A stretch of DNA of 64,000 nt from contig JBHJHD010000019.1 in the NCBI GenBank assembly GCA_050331115.1, positions 67,390 to 131,389 of the forward strand, read 5' to 3'. Source of the stretch: Elainellaceae cyanobacterium (GTDB taxonomy: Bacteria > Cyanobacteriota > Cyanobacteriia > CAKZMO01). The notes under the pieces were generated by a model. The model worked only from the letters and a program-made list of their open reading frames with translations, was not told where the DNA came from and did not search any database. Both the position numbers and the translations under genes were made by a program. Each line of letters opens with the position of its first letter. Positions within the stretch are counted from its first letter, which is position 1. Positions 55,112-64,000 of this stretch are shown here, in pieces.

Positions 55112-57100
55112 ATGGGAAAAGTTATTGGAATTGACCTAGGCACTACAAATAGCTGCGTTTCTGTCCTAGAGGGAGGCCAGCCCATCGTCATTCCTAACTC
55201 GGAGGGAGGACGTACAACGCCGAGCATCGTTGGCTTTGGTAAGGCAGGCGATCGCTTGGTCGGGCAGCTGGCTAAGCGCCAGGCGGTGACCAATGCTGAA
55301 AACACCATCTTCAGCATCAAGCGGTTTATCGGTCGACGCTGGGACGATACCCAGCAGGAGCGGGAGCGCGTTCCCTACTCCTGTACTAAAGGTCGGGACA
55401 ACACCGTCAACGTACAGATTCGCGATCGCACCTACACCGCTCAGGAGGTGTCGGCCATGATCCTGCAAAAGCTTAAGGACGACGCAGAGGCCTACCTCGG
55501 AGAAGAGGTGACCCAAGCGGTGATTACGGTACCCGCCTACTTTACCGATGCGCAGCGGCAGGCGACCAAAGACGCCGGCACCATTTCTGGCCTAGAGGTG
55601 ATGCGCATCATCAACGAGCCTACGGCGGCGGCGCTGTCCTACGGCCTCGATAAGCAGGACCAAGACCAGGTCGTTCTAGTCTTTGACCTTGGGGGCGGCA
55701 CCTTCGACGTCTCGCTGCTGCAGCTGGGCGACGGCGTATTTGAGGTGAAGGCCACGGCGGGCAACAACCACCTGGGGGGTGACGACTTCGACAACGCCCT
55801 GGTCCGCTGGATGATCGATGCCTTTAAAGAAGAGCAGGGCATCGATCTATCGACTGACAGCATGGCCCTGCAGCGGCTTCGAGAGGCGGGTGAGAAAGCT
55901 AAGGTCGAGCTTTCGAGTATGGTGGCTACCTCGATCAACTTGCCCTTCATCTCGGCAGATGAGACGGGGCCAAAGCACCTTGAGATGGACCTCACGCGGG
56001 CCAAGTTCGAGGAGCTGGTGGCCGATTTGGTGAGCGCTACCATTGAGCCGGTGATGCAGGCCCTCAAAGACGCCGATTTAGAGGCTGGCGACGTCGATCG
56101 CATCCTGCTTGTGGGGGGCTCAACCCGCATTCCGGCGGTTCAGCGGGCCATCAGCGAGCATTTCGATGGCAAGACGCCAGACAAATCCGTCAACCCGGAC
56201 GAGGCGGTTGCCCTAGGGGCGGCTATTCAAGGCGGCGTGCTGGGCGGCGAGGTGAAGGACCTGCTGCTGCTAGACGTCACTCCCCTTTCCCTAGGAATCG
56301 AAACTTTAGGAGAAGTATTTACTAAGATTATCGAGCGCAACACCACCATTCCCACGAGCAAAACCCAGGCCTTCTCAACGGCAACGGACGGGCAAACCTC
56401 AGTCGAGATTCACGTCCTTCAGGGTGAGCGGGCGATGGCAAAGGACAATAAGAGCTTGGGCAAGTTTCAGCTTACGGGGATTCCCCCCGCGCCTCGAGGA
56501 ATTCCGCAAATTGAAGTCTCGTTTGAGATTGACGCCAACGGCATTCTCCAGGTCGGGGCCCGCGACAAGGGCACCGGGCGGGAGCAGAGCGTCCGGATCA
56601 CCAACACGGGCGGGCTAACGCAGTCCGAAATTGAGCGGATGCGCCAGGAGGCTGAGGTCTACCGTGAGGAAGACGAGGAGCGGCGGCAGTGGACAGAAAC
56701 TGAGAACAGCATCCACACTAACCTGTTCAGAACTTACGAAGAGACGATGCGCGACAACGCTGAGCATATCTCCGAAGACCTCAAGACTCGCGCCAGTGAG
56801 CAGATTGCCGACCTTAGAGAAGCCCTCGCTAAGCGCGCGATTGGTGTAGACGAGCTGACGCGAAAGGCTGAGGAGCTGCAGCAGCTGCTGCTCGCGATTG
56901 GTACAGAGGTCTACCGACAGGCGAATCGCATGGATGAGCCAGAGGACATTATCGACATGACCAATACTGTGGATGACTCAGACGCCACGGAGATTGCCGA
57001 ACCGGTCAACGGTCAGTCAAACTCGCTCTTGGACGATGAAGAATACAGCTTTGACGACGAAGATGAGACCGTTGCAGCGGACTACGAGCCGATCGACTAG
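55112..57100 (+). CDS. dnaK: molecular chaperone DnaK (Hsp70)
   Basis: [19 protein letters not shown] and VGGSTRIP motifs. Full-length Hsp70 with an acidic C-terminal tail. Confidence 0.97.
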   Translation: MGKVIGIDLGTTNSCVSVLEGGQPIVIPNSEGGRTTPSIVGFGKAGDRLVGQLAKRQAVTNAENTIFSIKRFIGRRWDDTQQERERVPYSCTKGRDNTVNVQIRDRTYTAQEVSAMILQKLKDDAEAYLGEEVTQAVITVPAYFTDAQRQATKDAGTISGLEVMRIINEPTAAALSYGLDKQDQDQVVLVFDLGGGTFDVSLLQLGDGVFEVKATAGNNHLGGDDFDNALVRWMIDAFKEEQGIDLSTDSMALQRLREAGEKAKVELSSMVATSINLPFISADETGPKHLEMDLTRAKFEELVADLVSATIEPVMQALKDADLEAGDVDRILLVGGSTRIPAVQRAISEHFDGKTPDKSVNPDEAVALGAAIQGGVLGGEVKDLLLLDVTPLSLGIETLGEVFTKIIERNTTIPTSKTQAFSTATDGQTSVEIHVLQGERAMAKDNKSLGKFQLTGIPPAPRGIPQIEVSFEIDANGILQVGARDKGTGREQSVRITNTGGLTQSEIERMRQEAEVYREEDEERRQWTETENSIHTNLFRTYEETMRDNAEHISEDLKTRASEQIADLREALAKRAIGVDELTRKAEELQQLLLAIGTEVYRQANRMDEPEDIIDMTNTVDDSDATEIAEPVNGQSNSLLDDEEYSFDDEDETVAADYEPID

Positions 57101-57191
57101 CGAGATAAGGTATACATTAGGTAGGGACCGATGTCAGCAGTGGTCCCGCTTGCATCAATTTGCGAATTCAACTTCTTCGGTATAGCGTTCT

Positions 57192-58331
57192 ATGGCTGGT
57201 GATTATTACGATACTCTCGGCATCTCTCGTGATGCAGACAAAGATGAGGTCAAGCGAGCGTATCGCCGTCTTGCCCGTCAATATCACCCCGACGTCAATA
57301 AGGAGAGTGGATCTGAGGAACGCTTTAAGGAAATCAACCGAGCCTATGAGGTTCTGTCAGAGCCGGAAATGCGGGCGCGCTATGACCAGTTTGGAGAAGC
57401 GGGCGTCAGCGCGAGCGCGGGCGCGGGCGCGCAGGACTTTGGAGACTTTAGCGGATTTGCCGCCGATATTTTTGAGAGCTTCTTTGGCGGGTTTTCGGGA
57501 GCGGCCGGCCAGGCCGGCGGGCGGCGGCGAAGCGGACCCATCCGGGGTGAAGATATTCACCACAATTTGAGGCTCGACTTTCGCGAGGCGGTCTTTGGCG
57601 GCCACAAGGAAATTCGCGTCAACCATTTAGAGACCTGCGGCACCTGCAGCGGCAGCGGCGCGAAACCGGGCACCCAGCCGCGCGTTTGTGCGACCTGCAG
57701 CGGCGCGGGCCGGGTACGCCGGGAAGCGCCGACGCCGTTCGGTCGATTTACGCAGGTTTCGGCTTGCCCCACCTGCGGCGGCAACGGTCAGGTCATCGAA
57801 GATAAGTGCGGCACCTGCGGCGGCAGCGGGCAAAAGAAGGAATCTAAGCAGCTTAAGATTACCGTCCCGGCGGGCGTCAACAACGGCATGCGTCTGCGCG
57901 TGTCTGGGGAAGGGGACGCCGGGGAGAAAGGTGGCCCTCCGGGAGACCTCTACGTCCATCTCTCTGTGGAAGAGGACGCAGAATTTACCCGGGACGGCAT
58001 CACGATCTTCTCAGAGATTACCGTCAGCTATCTGCAGGCCATTCTAGGCTGCCGCTACAAGGTTGATACGGTAGACGGCGAACCGGAAGAGATCACGATC
58101 GCCGCCGGCACCCAGCCCGACACGGTAATTACCCTGGAGAATAAGGGTGTACCGCGCTTAGGGAACCCCGTTAGCCGAGGGGATCATCGGGTTACGGTCC
58201 ATATTGATATTCCCACCAAGCTCACCTCAGAGGAGCGCGAGCTGCTGGAGAAGCTCGCCGAAATTAGCGGCAATCGCGCTAGCAAGGGCGCTGGGCTAGA
58301 GGGATTCTTGGGGGGGCTGTTTCGAGGATGA
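57192..58331 (+). CDS. dnaJ: co-chaperone DnaJ (type I Hsp40)
   Basis: J domain (YHPDVNK), G/F-rich region, four CXXCXGXG zinc-finger repeats, C-terminal substrate-binding domains. Confidence 0.95.
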   Translation: MAGDYYDTLGISRDADKDEVKRAYRRLARQYHPDVNKESGSEERFKEINRAYEVLSEPEMRARYDQFGEAGVSASAGAGAQDFGDFSGFAADIFESFFGGFSGAAGQAGGRRRSGPIRGEDIHHNLRLDFREAVFGGHKEIRVNHLETCGTCSGSGAKPGTQPRVCATCSGAGRVRREAPTPFGRFTQVSACPTCGGNGQVIEDKCGTCGGSGQKKESKQLKITVPAGVNNGMRLRVSGEGDAGEKGGPPGDLYVHLSVEEDAEFTRDGITIFSEITVSYLQAILGCRYKVDTVDGEPEEITIAAGTQPDTVITLENKGVPRLGNPVSRGDHRVTVHIDIPTKLTSEERELLEKLAEISGNRASKGAGLEGFLGGLFRG

Positions 58332-58573
58332 CATCCACCGCAGCATCCCCCGATAAGCAGCTCGATCTGCGCGGCACGCCCTGCCCCATAAACTTCATTC
58401 GCACCAAGCTCTGCCTAGAAAAGATGGCCCCCGGCAGCGTTCTGGAGGTATGGCTAGACGGCGGGGAACCGATTGAGCAGGTGCCCTCTAGCCTGCCCAT
58501 GGAGGGATACACCGTCGAGAGCATTGACGATCGCGCCGCGTTTTTTGCCCTGCAAGTGCGCTGTCCAAGCTAA
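58328..58573 (+). CDS. TusA/SirA-like sulfur-carrier family protein
   Basis: 81 aa. DLRGTPCP motif with the conserved Cys. Start overlaps the dnaJ stop (ATGA). Confidence 0.7.
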   Translation: MTSTAASPDKQLDLRGTPCPINFIRTKLCLEKMAPGSVLEVWLDGGEPIEQVPSSLPMEGYTVESIDDRAAFFALQVRCPS

Positions 58574-58575
58574 CG

Positions 58576-59823
58576 ATGGGCGACTCGCGGGCGGCAGGGG
58601 CATCTGAGGCTGCGCTAGAAACCACGGCGCAGGGGGTTGTGATCTCTGTGCAGGCCAATTACTACTGGGTGCGGCTAGACGAATCGCGATCGCCCGAGCC
58701 TAGCCTGCTGCTGTGCACCCGCCGCGCCCGCCTAAAGAAGATCGGTCAGCAGGTATGGGTGGGCGATCGCGTTGGGGTGGAAGACATCGACTGGGGCAGC
58801 AATCGAGGGGCAGTCGCCGCCGTCATGCCCCGCCAAACAATCTTGGAGCGCCCGCCCGTTGCCAATGCCCAGCTGCTGCTGCTGGTGTTTGCCCTCGTCG
58901 AGCCCGAGCTGGACCCCTGGCAGCTGAGCCGATTTTTGGTGGCGTCGGAGTCGACGGGGCTAGAGGTAGTGCTGTGCCTCAACAAATGTGACCAGTTCTC
59001 TGCCGAGGGGCAGCAGCGGTGGCGCGATCGCCTTGGGCAATGGGGATACAGTCCTTTGATCATCAGCGTGCGCCAGGACGCTGGCCTAGATGCGGTGCGG
59101 CGTCGGATTGTGGGCCACATCAGCGTCGTCTCCGGACCGTCCGGGGTGGGTAAGTCAAGCCTCATCAATCGCCTGATCCCCGCCGTTGACCAGCGGGTCA
59201 ACGCCGTCTCCGGCAAGCTGGCTCGCGGGCGGCACACCACGCGCCACGTGGAGCTGTTTGAGCTGCCGCCGGTCTTTGATGATTTGCCCCCCACTGATTT
59301 GCCCCCCACTGATTTAGTCCCTGCTAACTTGGTCCCCGAAGCACCTGACCGGTCTGAGACAGCCAGCCTAGAGATTAAGGGTGGCCTGCTGGCCGACACC
59401 CCAGGCTTCAATCAGCCCACAATTACCTGTGCCCCTGAGGATTTAGGGTCCTACTTCCCGGAAGTGCGCCACCGGCTGAGCCAGAACGCTTGCCAGTTTA
59501 GCAACTGCCTGCACCGTGACGAGCCGGGCTGCGCCGTACGAGGCCAGGGCGAGGAATGGGAGCGCTACGAGCACTACCTGACGTTTTTAGAGGAGGCGAT
59601 CGCCCGGCAGAGGGCGCTGGGTCAGACGGCGGATGCGGAAGCCAGCGTCAAGCCGCTCAGCGGTGAGGCGGGGCAGACCTATTACGAGCCGAAGCTCAAG
59701 ACGAAGCGCTACCGCCGCCCCTCGCGGCGGTCTAAGCATCAGGATTTGCAGACCCTGTGCGGCGATATTGACGACCTGCTGGATGCGGTGGGCGAGGACG
59801 AGTCGGAGATAGAATCAAATTAA
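58576..59823 (+). CDS. rsgA: ribosome small-subunit-dependent GTPase A
   Basis: OB-fold N-terminus. Circularly permuted GTPase (LNKCD ... GPSGVGKSSLIN ... DTPGF). Zn-knuckle C.FSNCLHRDEPGC. A 15-nt repeat insert (DLPPT) and a basic C-terminal extension. Confidence 0.88.
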   Translation: MGDSRAAGASEAALETTAQGVVISVQANYYWVRLDESRSPEPSLLLCTRRARLKKIGQQVWVGDRVGVEDIDWGSNRGAVAAVMPRQTILERPPVANAQLLLLVFALVEPELDPWQLSRFLVASESTGLEVVLCLNKCDQFSAEGQQRWRDRLGQWGYSPLIISVRQDAGLDAVRRRIVGHISVVSGPSGVGKSSLINRLIPAVDQRVNAVSGKLARGRHTTRHVELFELPPVFDDLPPTDLPPTDLVPANLVPEAPDRSETASLEIKGGLLADTPGFNQPTITCAPEDLGSYFPEVRHRLSQNACQFSNCLHRDEPGCAVRGQGEEWERYEHYLTFLEEAIARQRALGQTADAEASVKPLSGEAGQTYYEPKLKTKRYRRPSRRSKHQDLQTLCGDIDDLLDAVGEDESEIESN

Positions 59824-59839
59824 CCCCTTAGTCCCATCT

Positions 59840-60985
59840 ATGCGCCCCATCTACCTCGACGCCAACGCCACCACCCCCGTCGACGAGCGCGTGCTAGCCG
59901 CCATGCTGCCCTACTTCACCGAGCAGTTTGGCAACCCCTCCAGCTCCCTCCACGCCTACGGCTGGGAGGCTGAGGCCGCCGTTAAGCAGGCCCGCGAGCA
60001 AATCGCATCGGTCCTTAACGCCGCACCGAATGAAATCGTCTTCACCAGCGGAGCCACCGAGGCCGACAACCTAGCCATTAAGGGCGTCGCTGAAGCCTAC
60101 CTCTCGCGGGGTCGCCACATCGTCACGGTGCAAACCGAGCACAGCGCTGTCCTCGATCCCTGCCGCTACCTAGAGACCCTGGGTTTTGAGGTCACCTATT
60201 TGCCTGTGCAGCCTAACGGACTGCTGCCGCTGGAGGTGCTGGAGAAGGCCCTGCGCCCCGATACGGTATTGGTCTCAGTCATGGCCGCCAACAACGAAAT
60301 CGGCGTGCTGCAGCCCCTGGCCGAAATCGGCGCCCGCTGCCGCGATCGCCAGGTGCTGTTTCACACAGACGCCGCCCAGGCGGTGGGCAAGGTGCCCATG
60401 GACGTAGAGGCCATGAACATCGACCTGATGTCCTTCACCGCCCACAAGCTCTACGGCCCTAAGGGCATTGGGGCGCTGTACGTCCGCCGCCGCCATCCCC
60501 GCGTCCAGGTGGCGGCACAGCTCCACGGGGGGGGACAGGAGGGCGGGCGGCGCTCGGGGACGCTCTATCCGCCGCAGATTGTGGGATTTGCAAAGGCCGT
60601 GACCTTGGCAGCGGCAGGCATGGCGGCGGATGCAACTCGGCTGACTCAGCTGCGCGATCGCCTCTGGCAGACCGTCAGCGGCACTCCTGGCGTCCAGCTC
60701 AACGGCCACCCGACTCAGCGGCTGCCGGGCAATCTCAACATCAGCGTTGAGGGGGTAGACGGTCAGGCGCTGCTGCTGGGGCTGCAGCCGGTGATGGCGG
60801 TGTCGTCTGGGGCGGCCTGCTCGACGGCCTCGACGGCTCCCTCCCACGTGCTCAAGGCGCTGGGGCGATCGGATGCGCTGGCCTACGCCTCGATTCGCTT
60901 CGGACTGGGGCGCTTCACCACCGAAGAAGAGATCGACCGGGCCGCGGCGCAGGTCGTTGCAACCGTAAGGGCGCTTTCGGCGTAG
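59840..60985 (+). CDS. cysteine desulfurase (class V aminotransferase, NifS/IscS-like)
   Basis: FTSGATEADN, HTDAAQ, PLP-Lys FTAHKLYGPKGIGALY, active-site loop SSGAACST. Confidence 0.9.
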   Translation: MRPIYLDANATTPVDERVLAAMLPYFTEQFGNPSSSLHAYGWEAEAAVKQAREQIASVLNAAPNEIVFTSGATEADNLAIKGVAEAYLSRGRHIVTVQTEHSAVLDPCRYLETLGFEVTYLPVQPNGLLPLEVLEKALRPDTVLVSVMAANNEIGVLQPLAEIGARCRDRQVLFHTDAAQAVGKVPMDVEAMNIDLMSFTAHKLYGPKGIGALYVRRRHPRVQVAAQLHGGGQEGGRRSGTLYPPQIVGFAKAVTLAAAGMAADATRLTQLRDRLWQTVSGTPGVQLNGHPTQRLPGNLNISVEGVDGQALLLGLQPVMAVSSGAACSTASTAPSHVLKALGRSDALAYASIRFGLGRFTTEEEIDRAAAQVVATVRALSA

Positions 60986-61038
60986 GTCGGTGGGGCGGGC
61001 TACGCAGTGGCCAAAACCGGTGGGGCGATCGCCAGCCA

Positions 61039-61194
61039 GGCCTCTCCGAAACCGTCGTTGGCGGCATGCTCACCGCCATTTCTACCTCCTTACCGAAGCT
61101 GGTGACCGCGATCGCGGCGGTGCAGTAGGGAGCCCTGACGCTGGCCGTCGGCGATATCATCGGCGGCAACTGCTTTGACGTTGCTCAGCAGTAA
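61039..61194 (+). pseudogene. remnant of a CaCA-family (Na+/Ca2+ or cation/H+ exchanger) gene: one alpha-repeat with an in-frame stop
   Basis: The frame reads [50 protein letters not shown]. This matches the exchanger signature G(T/S)SLPEL...A..G...(A/I)GN(I/V)IGSN.FN. TAG at 61126-61128. No ORF covers the rest of such a protein. Confidence 0.5.
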
Positions 61195-61280
61195 TGCGCT
61201 TGCTGCATCGCGCCACGTTTGCGACACAATAGGTAAAGGCCTGAGCTGCGGCCCCTTTTGCTGCAGTCCAGCCACATATA

Positions 61281-61310
61281 GCAACTGTCCTGATGCATTA
61301 GGACAGTTGC
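61281..61310. repeat. perfect 11-bp inverted repeat with 8-nt loop
   Basis: GCAACTGTCCT-GATGCATT-AGGACAGTTGC. The 8-mer GCAACTGT/ACAGTTGC recurs at 61315-22 and 61364-71. Confidence 0.85.
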
Positions 61311-61402
61311 GTGCACAGTTGCCTACGGAATTTCAAGGTTCCTAACCAATCGCACTGTCCTAAGCAACTGTGCCAACGCAATAGACCCGATGCACCACCT
61401 CC

Positions 61403-62095
61403 ATGCCGCCTCGCCTACAGCTTCTCCCCACCGTCCCGGCCAAGCGCTCCCGCGCCCAGGGCTGTCAGTATTTTGTCGACGACCAGGGCAACCGGTTGCC
61501 CAGCGTCACCTCAGTGCTCAACGCCACCAAGCCTGCAGAAGATCGAAGGGCCCTGGCCCGCTGGCGGGAGCGCGTCGGGTCTGAGGCCGCCAAGCAAATC
61601 TCCGGAAGGGCGAGCCGTCGGGGCACCCTAACCCACAAGCACCTCAAACAATACCTGCTCGGCGAAGAGCAGCCCTGCCCAGAAGCGGCCCAGCCCTACT
61701 GGGACAGCCTACAGCCGGTGCTCCAGGACATCGACGCCGTGCGGCTGGTGGAGAGCACCGTATTTCACTACGATCTGGGCTACGCGGGGCAGGTAGACTG
61801 CGTGGCCAGCTACCGGGGGGCGGCCTGCATTCTAGATTGGAAAACCAGCGATCGCCCCAAGGAGAGCGTGGAGCGCCTGCGGGACCAGCCGCTGCAGCTC
61901 GCTGCCTACTGCGGCGCGGTCAACCACACCTACGCCGCGGAGGATCTCCATCTACGCTGCGCTATGCTGGCGATCGCCTTACCAGACCAGCCGGCAGAGG
62001 TATTTTGGTTCACACCCGAGGCCCTGCGGGACTATTGGCAGCAGTGGCAGACTAGGCTTGAGCAGTTCAAGCGCCGCGAGAGGGCAGCGCAGTAG
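61403..62095 (+). CDS. PD-(D/E)XK-superfamily nuclease-like protein
   Basis: YAGQVDCVA ... ILDWKTSDRPK ... QLAAY fits a D...(D/E)XK...Q..Y nuclease core (RecB/MGME1-like). Family assignment from motifs only. Confidence 0.6.
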   Translation: MPPRLQLLPTVPAKRSRAQGCQYFVDDQGNRLPSVTSVLNATKPAEDRRALARWRERVGSEAAKQISGRASRRGTLTHKHLKQYLLGEEQPCPEAAQPYWDSLQPVLQDIDAVRLVESTVFHYDLGYAGQVDCVASYRGAACILDWKTSDRPKESVERLRDQPLQLAAYCGAVNHTYAAEDLHLRCAMLAIALPDQPAEVFWFTPEALRDYWQQWQTRLEQFKRRERAAQ

Positions 62096-62203
62096 CGACT
62101 GCTACGAATGATTAAAGCGTGTTCTAGGCGACGCTGGAAAAGCAAGCCGGTTTGATTTGCTAGTAGATATAGCATCTCCGCTACAACGAGAGGTTTAATC
62201 GCC

Positions 62204-63301
62204 ATGCTGATATCTACTTCATCTTGGACTTGCTACAAAAACCGCTGCGCGGTGGTCAAAGGCTGGTTCAGAGGCTCCATCGCCTTTTCCCTGATGATTG
62301 CAGCCGCGAGCTGCTCCGCTCCCCCAGAATCGCCCCAATCTGAATCCACCGCTGAATTGCCAGAGGCCGACTCTTCAGCCGCGATCGCCATCGACGGGTC
62401 GAGCACGGTATACCCAATCTCGAACGAGGTCGCCCAAGAATACATATTTGAAAAGGGGGACAGCGCGCCCGCCATTGACGTTACCTTTTCAGGCACCAGC
62501 GGCGGATTCCGCAAATTTTGCGCAGGTGAGACCGACATCAGCGACGCGTCGCGCCCGATTACACAAGCGGAAATGGCCGCCTGCAAAGAAGCGGGGGTCG
62601 AATACATCGAGCTGCCGGTAGCTTTCGACGCGTTGACCGTCGCCGTCCACCAGGATAACGATTGGGCCGATGACATTACGGTGGAGGAGCTGAAAATGCT
62701 TTGGGAGCCCGAAGCTGAAGGGCAGGTTACCCAGTGGAGCCAAATTCGCCCGGATTGGCCCGATGAGCCAATCAGTCTGTACGGCGCTGACACCGACTCT
62801 GGCACATACGATTACTTCACCGAGGCCATTGTCGGCGAGTCAGGCGCGAGCCGTACCGACTACACCGCCAGCGAGGACGACGTCGATCTGGTGCGGGGCG
62901 TGCGCACCGACCCCAACAGCCTGGGCTACTTTGGCTATGCCTATTACAAAGAGAGTCAGGCCGCCCTTAAGGCCCTGGGCATTGAGAGCGGCGGGGTGCC
63001 GGTGATGCCGGCGGATGAGACGGTTCGCAGTGGTGAATATGAGCCCCTAGCCCGCCCCCTATTTATCTACGTCAGCGTCGATGCACTAGAAGAGAAGCCA
63101 GAGCTAGAGACCTTTGTGGACTACTACCTGACCAACGCGCGCACCCTCGTGCCTGTGGTGGGCTACACGGCCCTGCCGGAGGAGGCCTATGCGATCGCCC
63201 GCGACCATTTCATAAATCGCAAGGTCGGTACCGTATTTGAGGGCGAATCACAGTTTGGCTTGACGATTGAGGAGCTGCTTAAGCGAGAGGCTGAATTTTA
63301 A
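62204..63301 (+). CDS. PstS-family phosphate ABC transporter substrate-binding lipoprotein
   Basis: Lipobox AAASC. IDGSSTVYPI, FSGTSGGFRKFCAGETDISDASRPI and FDALTVAV motifs of the PstS/SphX family. Confidence 0.85.
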   Translation: MLISTSSWTCYKNRCAVVKGWFRGSIAFSLMIAAASCSAPPESPQSESTAELPEADSSAAIAIDGSSTVYPISNEVAQEYIFEKGDSAPAIDVTFSGTSGGFRKFCAGETDISDASRPITQAEMAACKEAGVEYIELPVAFDALTVAVHQDNDWADDITVEELKMLWEPEAEGQVTQWSQIRPDWPDEPISLYGADTDSGTYDYFTEAIVGESGASRTDYTASEDDVDLVRGVRTDPNSLGYFGYAYYKESQAALKALGIESGGVPVMPADETVRSGEYEPLARPLFIYVSVDALEEKPELETFVDYYLTNARTLVPVVGYTALPEEAYAIARDHFINRKVGTVFEGESQFGLTIEELLKREAEF

Positions 63302-63429
63302 GCGCGAGCGCGATGTAAAGGCCTCGACTGGCGCACCGCGCTATGGCAACAGACGTGATACACTCCCTAAGACTCAGCCGCTAAGCTCAGGCCCTCGGCT
63401 CAGTCCCGTTGCGTCTTCAGAATTTTTCC

Positions 63430-64000
63430 ATGAGTTTTGACCACAAGCCGCGGATTCTCTTCCTATATGGCTCTCTGCGAGAGCGCTCCTATAGCCGGCT
63501 AGTGGCTGAGGAGGCGGCCCGCATTATCGAAAACTTCGGCGCGGAGGTGAAGTTCTTTGACCCGCGCGGGCTGCCGCTCCACGGCGCGGAGCCCGACACC
63601 CACCCTAAGGTGCAGGAGCTGCGGGAGCTGTCGCTGTGGTCGGAGGGCCAGGTGTGGTCGAGCCCGGAGATGCACGGCAATATTTCAGGGCTGATGAAAA
63701 CCCAGATCGACTGGATTCCCCTCACCCTGGGGGCGGTGCGTCCGACCCAGGGGCGAACCCTGGCGGTGATGCAGGTTTCGGGCGGGTCGCAGTCCTTCAA
63801 CGCCGTCAATACCATGCGGATTTTGGGGCGCTGGATGCGGATGTTTACGATTCCTAACCAGTCGTCGGTGGCCAAAGCCTATCAAGAGTTTGAGGAGGAT
63901 GGCACCATGAAGGCGTCGGCCTACCGCGATCGCGTGGTGGATGTGATGGAGGAGCTGTATCGCTTTACGATGCTGCTGCGGGAGCGTGTGGATGAGCTGA
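63430..64000 (+). CDS. arsH: arsenical resistance protein ArsH (NADPH-dependent FMN reductase), 3' end cut by the window edge
   Basis: An open frame from ATG 63430 to the window end, not in the ORF track because no stop is reached. [77 protein letters not shown]. Confidence 0.9.
   Translation, partial: MSFDHKPRILFLYGSLRERSYSRLVAEEAARIIENFGAEVKFFDPRGLPLHGAEPDTHPKVQELRELSLWSEGQVWSSPEMHGNISGLMKTQIDWIPLTLGAVRPTQGRTLAVMQVSGGSQSFNAVNTMRILGRWMRMFTIPNQSSVAKAYQEFEEDGTMKASAYRDRVVDVMEELYRFTMLLRERVDEL

Overview
This is a 64-kb chromosomal segment from a high-GC cyanobacterium. The evidence is HIP1 palindromes (GCGATCGC) scattered through genes and spacers, plus hallmark genes: ndhH, thf1/psb29, light-dependent por, hemF, a txlA-like thioredoxin, pilB-pilT-pilC and grpE-dnaK-dnaJ. 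I call about 55 protein-coding genes and 2 gene remnants (an IS5-type transposase and a CaCA exchanger). I found no rRNA, tRNA or CRISPR array. All product calls rest on family motifs read by eye from the ORF translations; no database search was possible. Most of the window is housekeeping (respiration, pigment and glycogen metabolism, chaperones, type IV pili, transporters). The stand-out is a haem-dense island of about 10 kb (16563-26883). An enlarged, adjacent ccsB/ccsA-like pair (System II cytochrome c maturation) faces an apparent operon. That operon encodes a tail-anchored tandem globin, a membrane-anchored cytochrome c (4 CXXCH + 1 CX4CH), a secreted hexahaem cytochrome c, a DUF3365/Tll0287-like monohaem lipoprotein, a 5-TM protein with two HX13H pairs (predicted dihaem b), a membrane thioredoxin and a ChaN-like haem-binding lipoprotein. 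I do not recognise this combination as a characterised complex. Secondary points: (1) an RluA pseudouridine synthase with a ~350-aa Cys-motif/coiled-coil N-terminal extension; (2) a bioMNY ECF module apparently co-operonic with an acyl-CoA ligase and a thiolase that lacks its second catalytic Cys; (3) a strong + strand terminator with no annotated gene upstream; (4) many short tandem duplications, always in-frame inside genes and often out-of-frame units between genes; (5) several small palindromic repeat elements.
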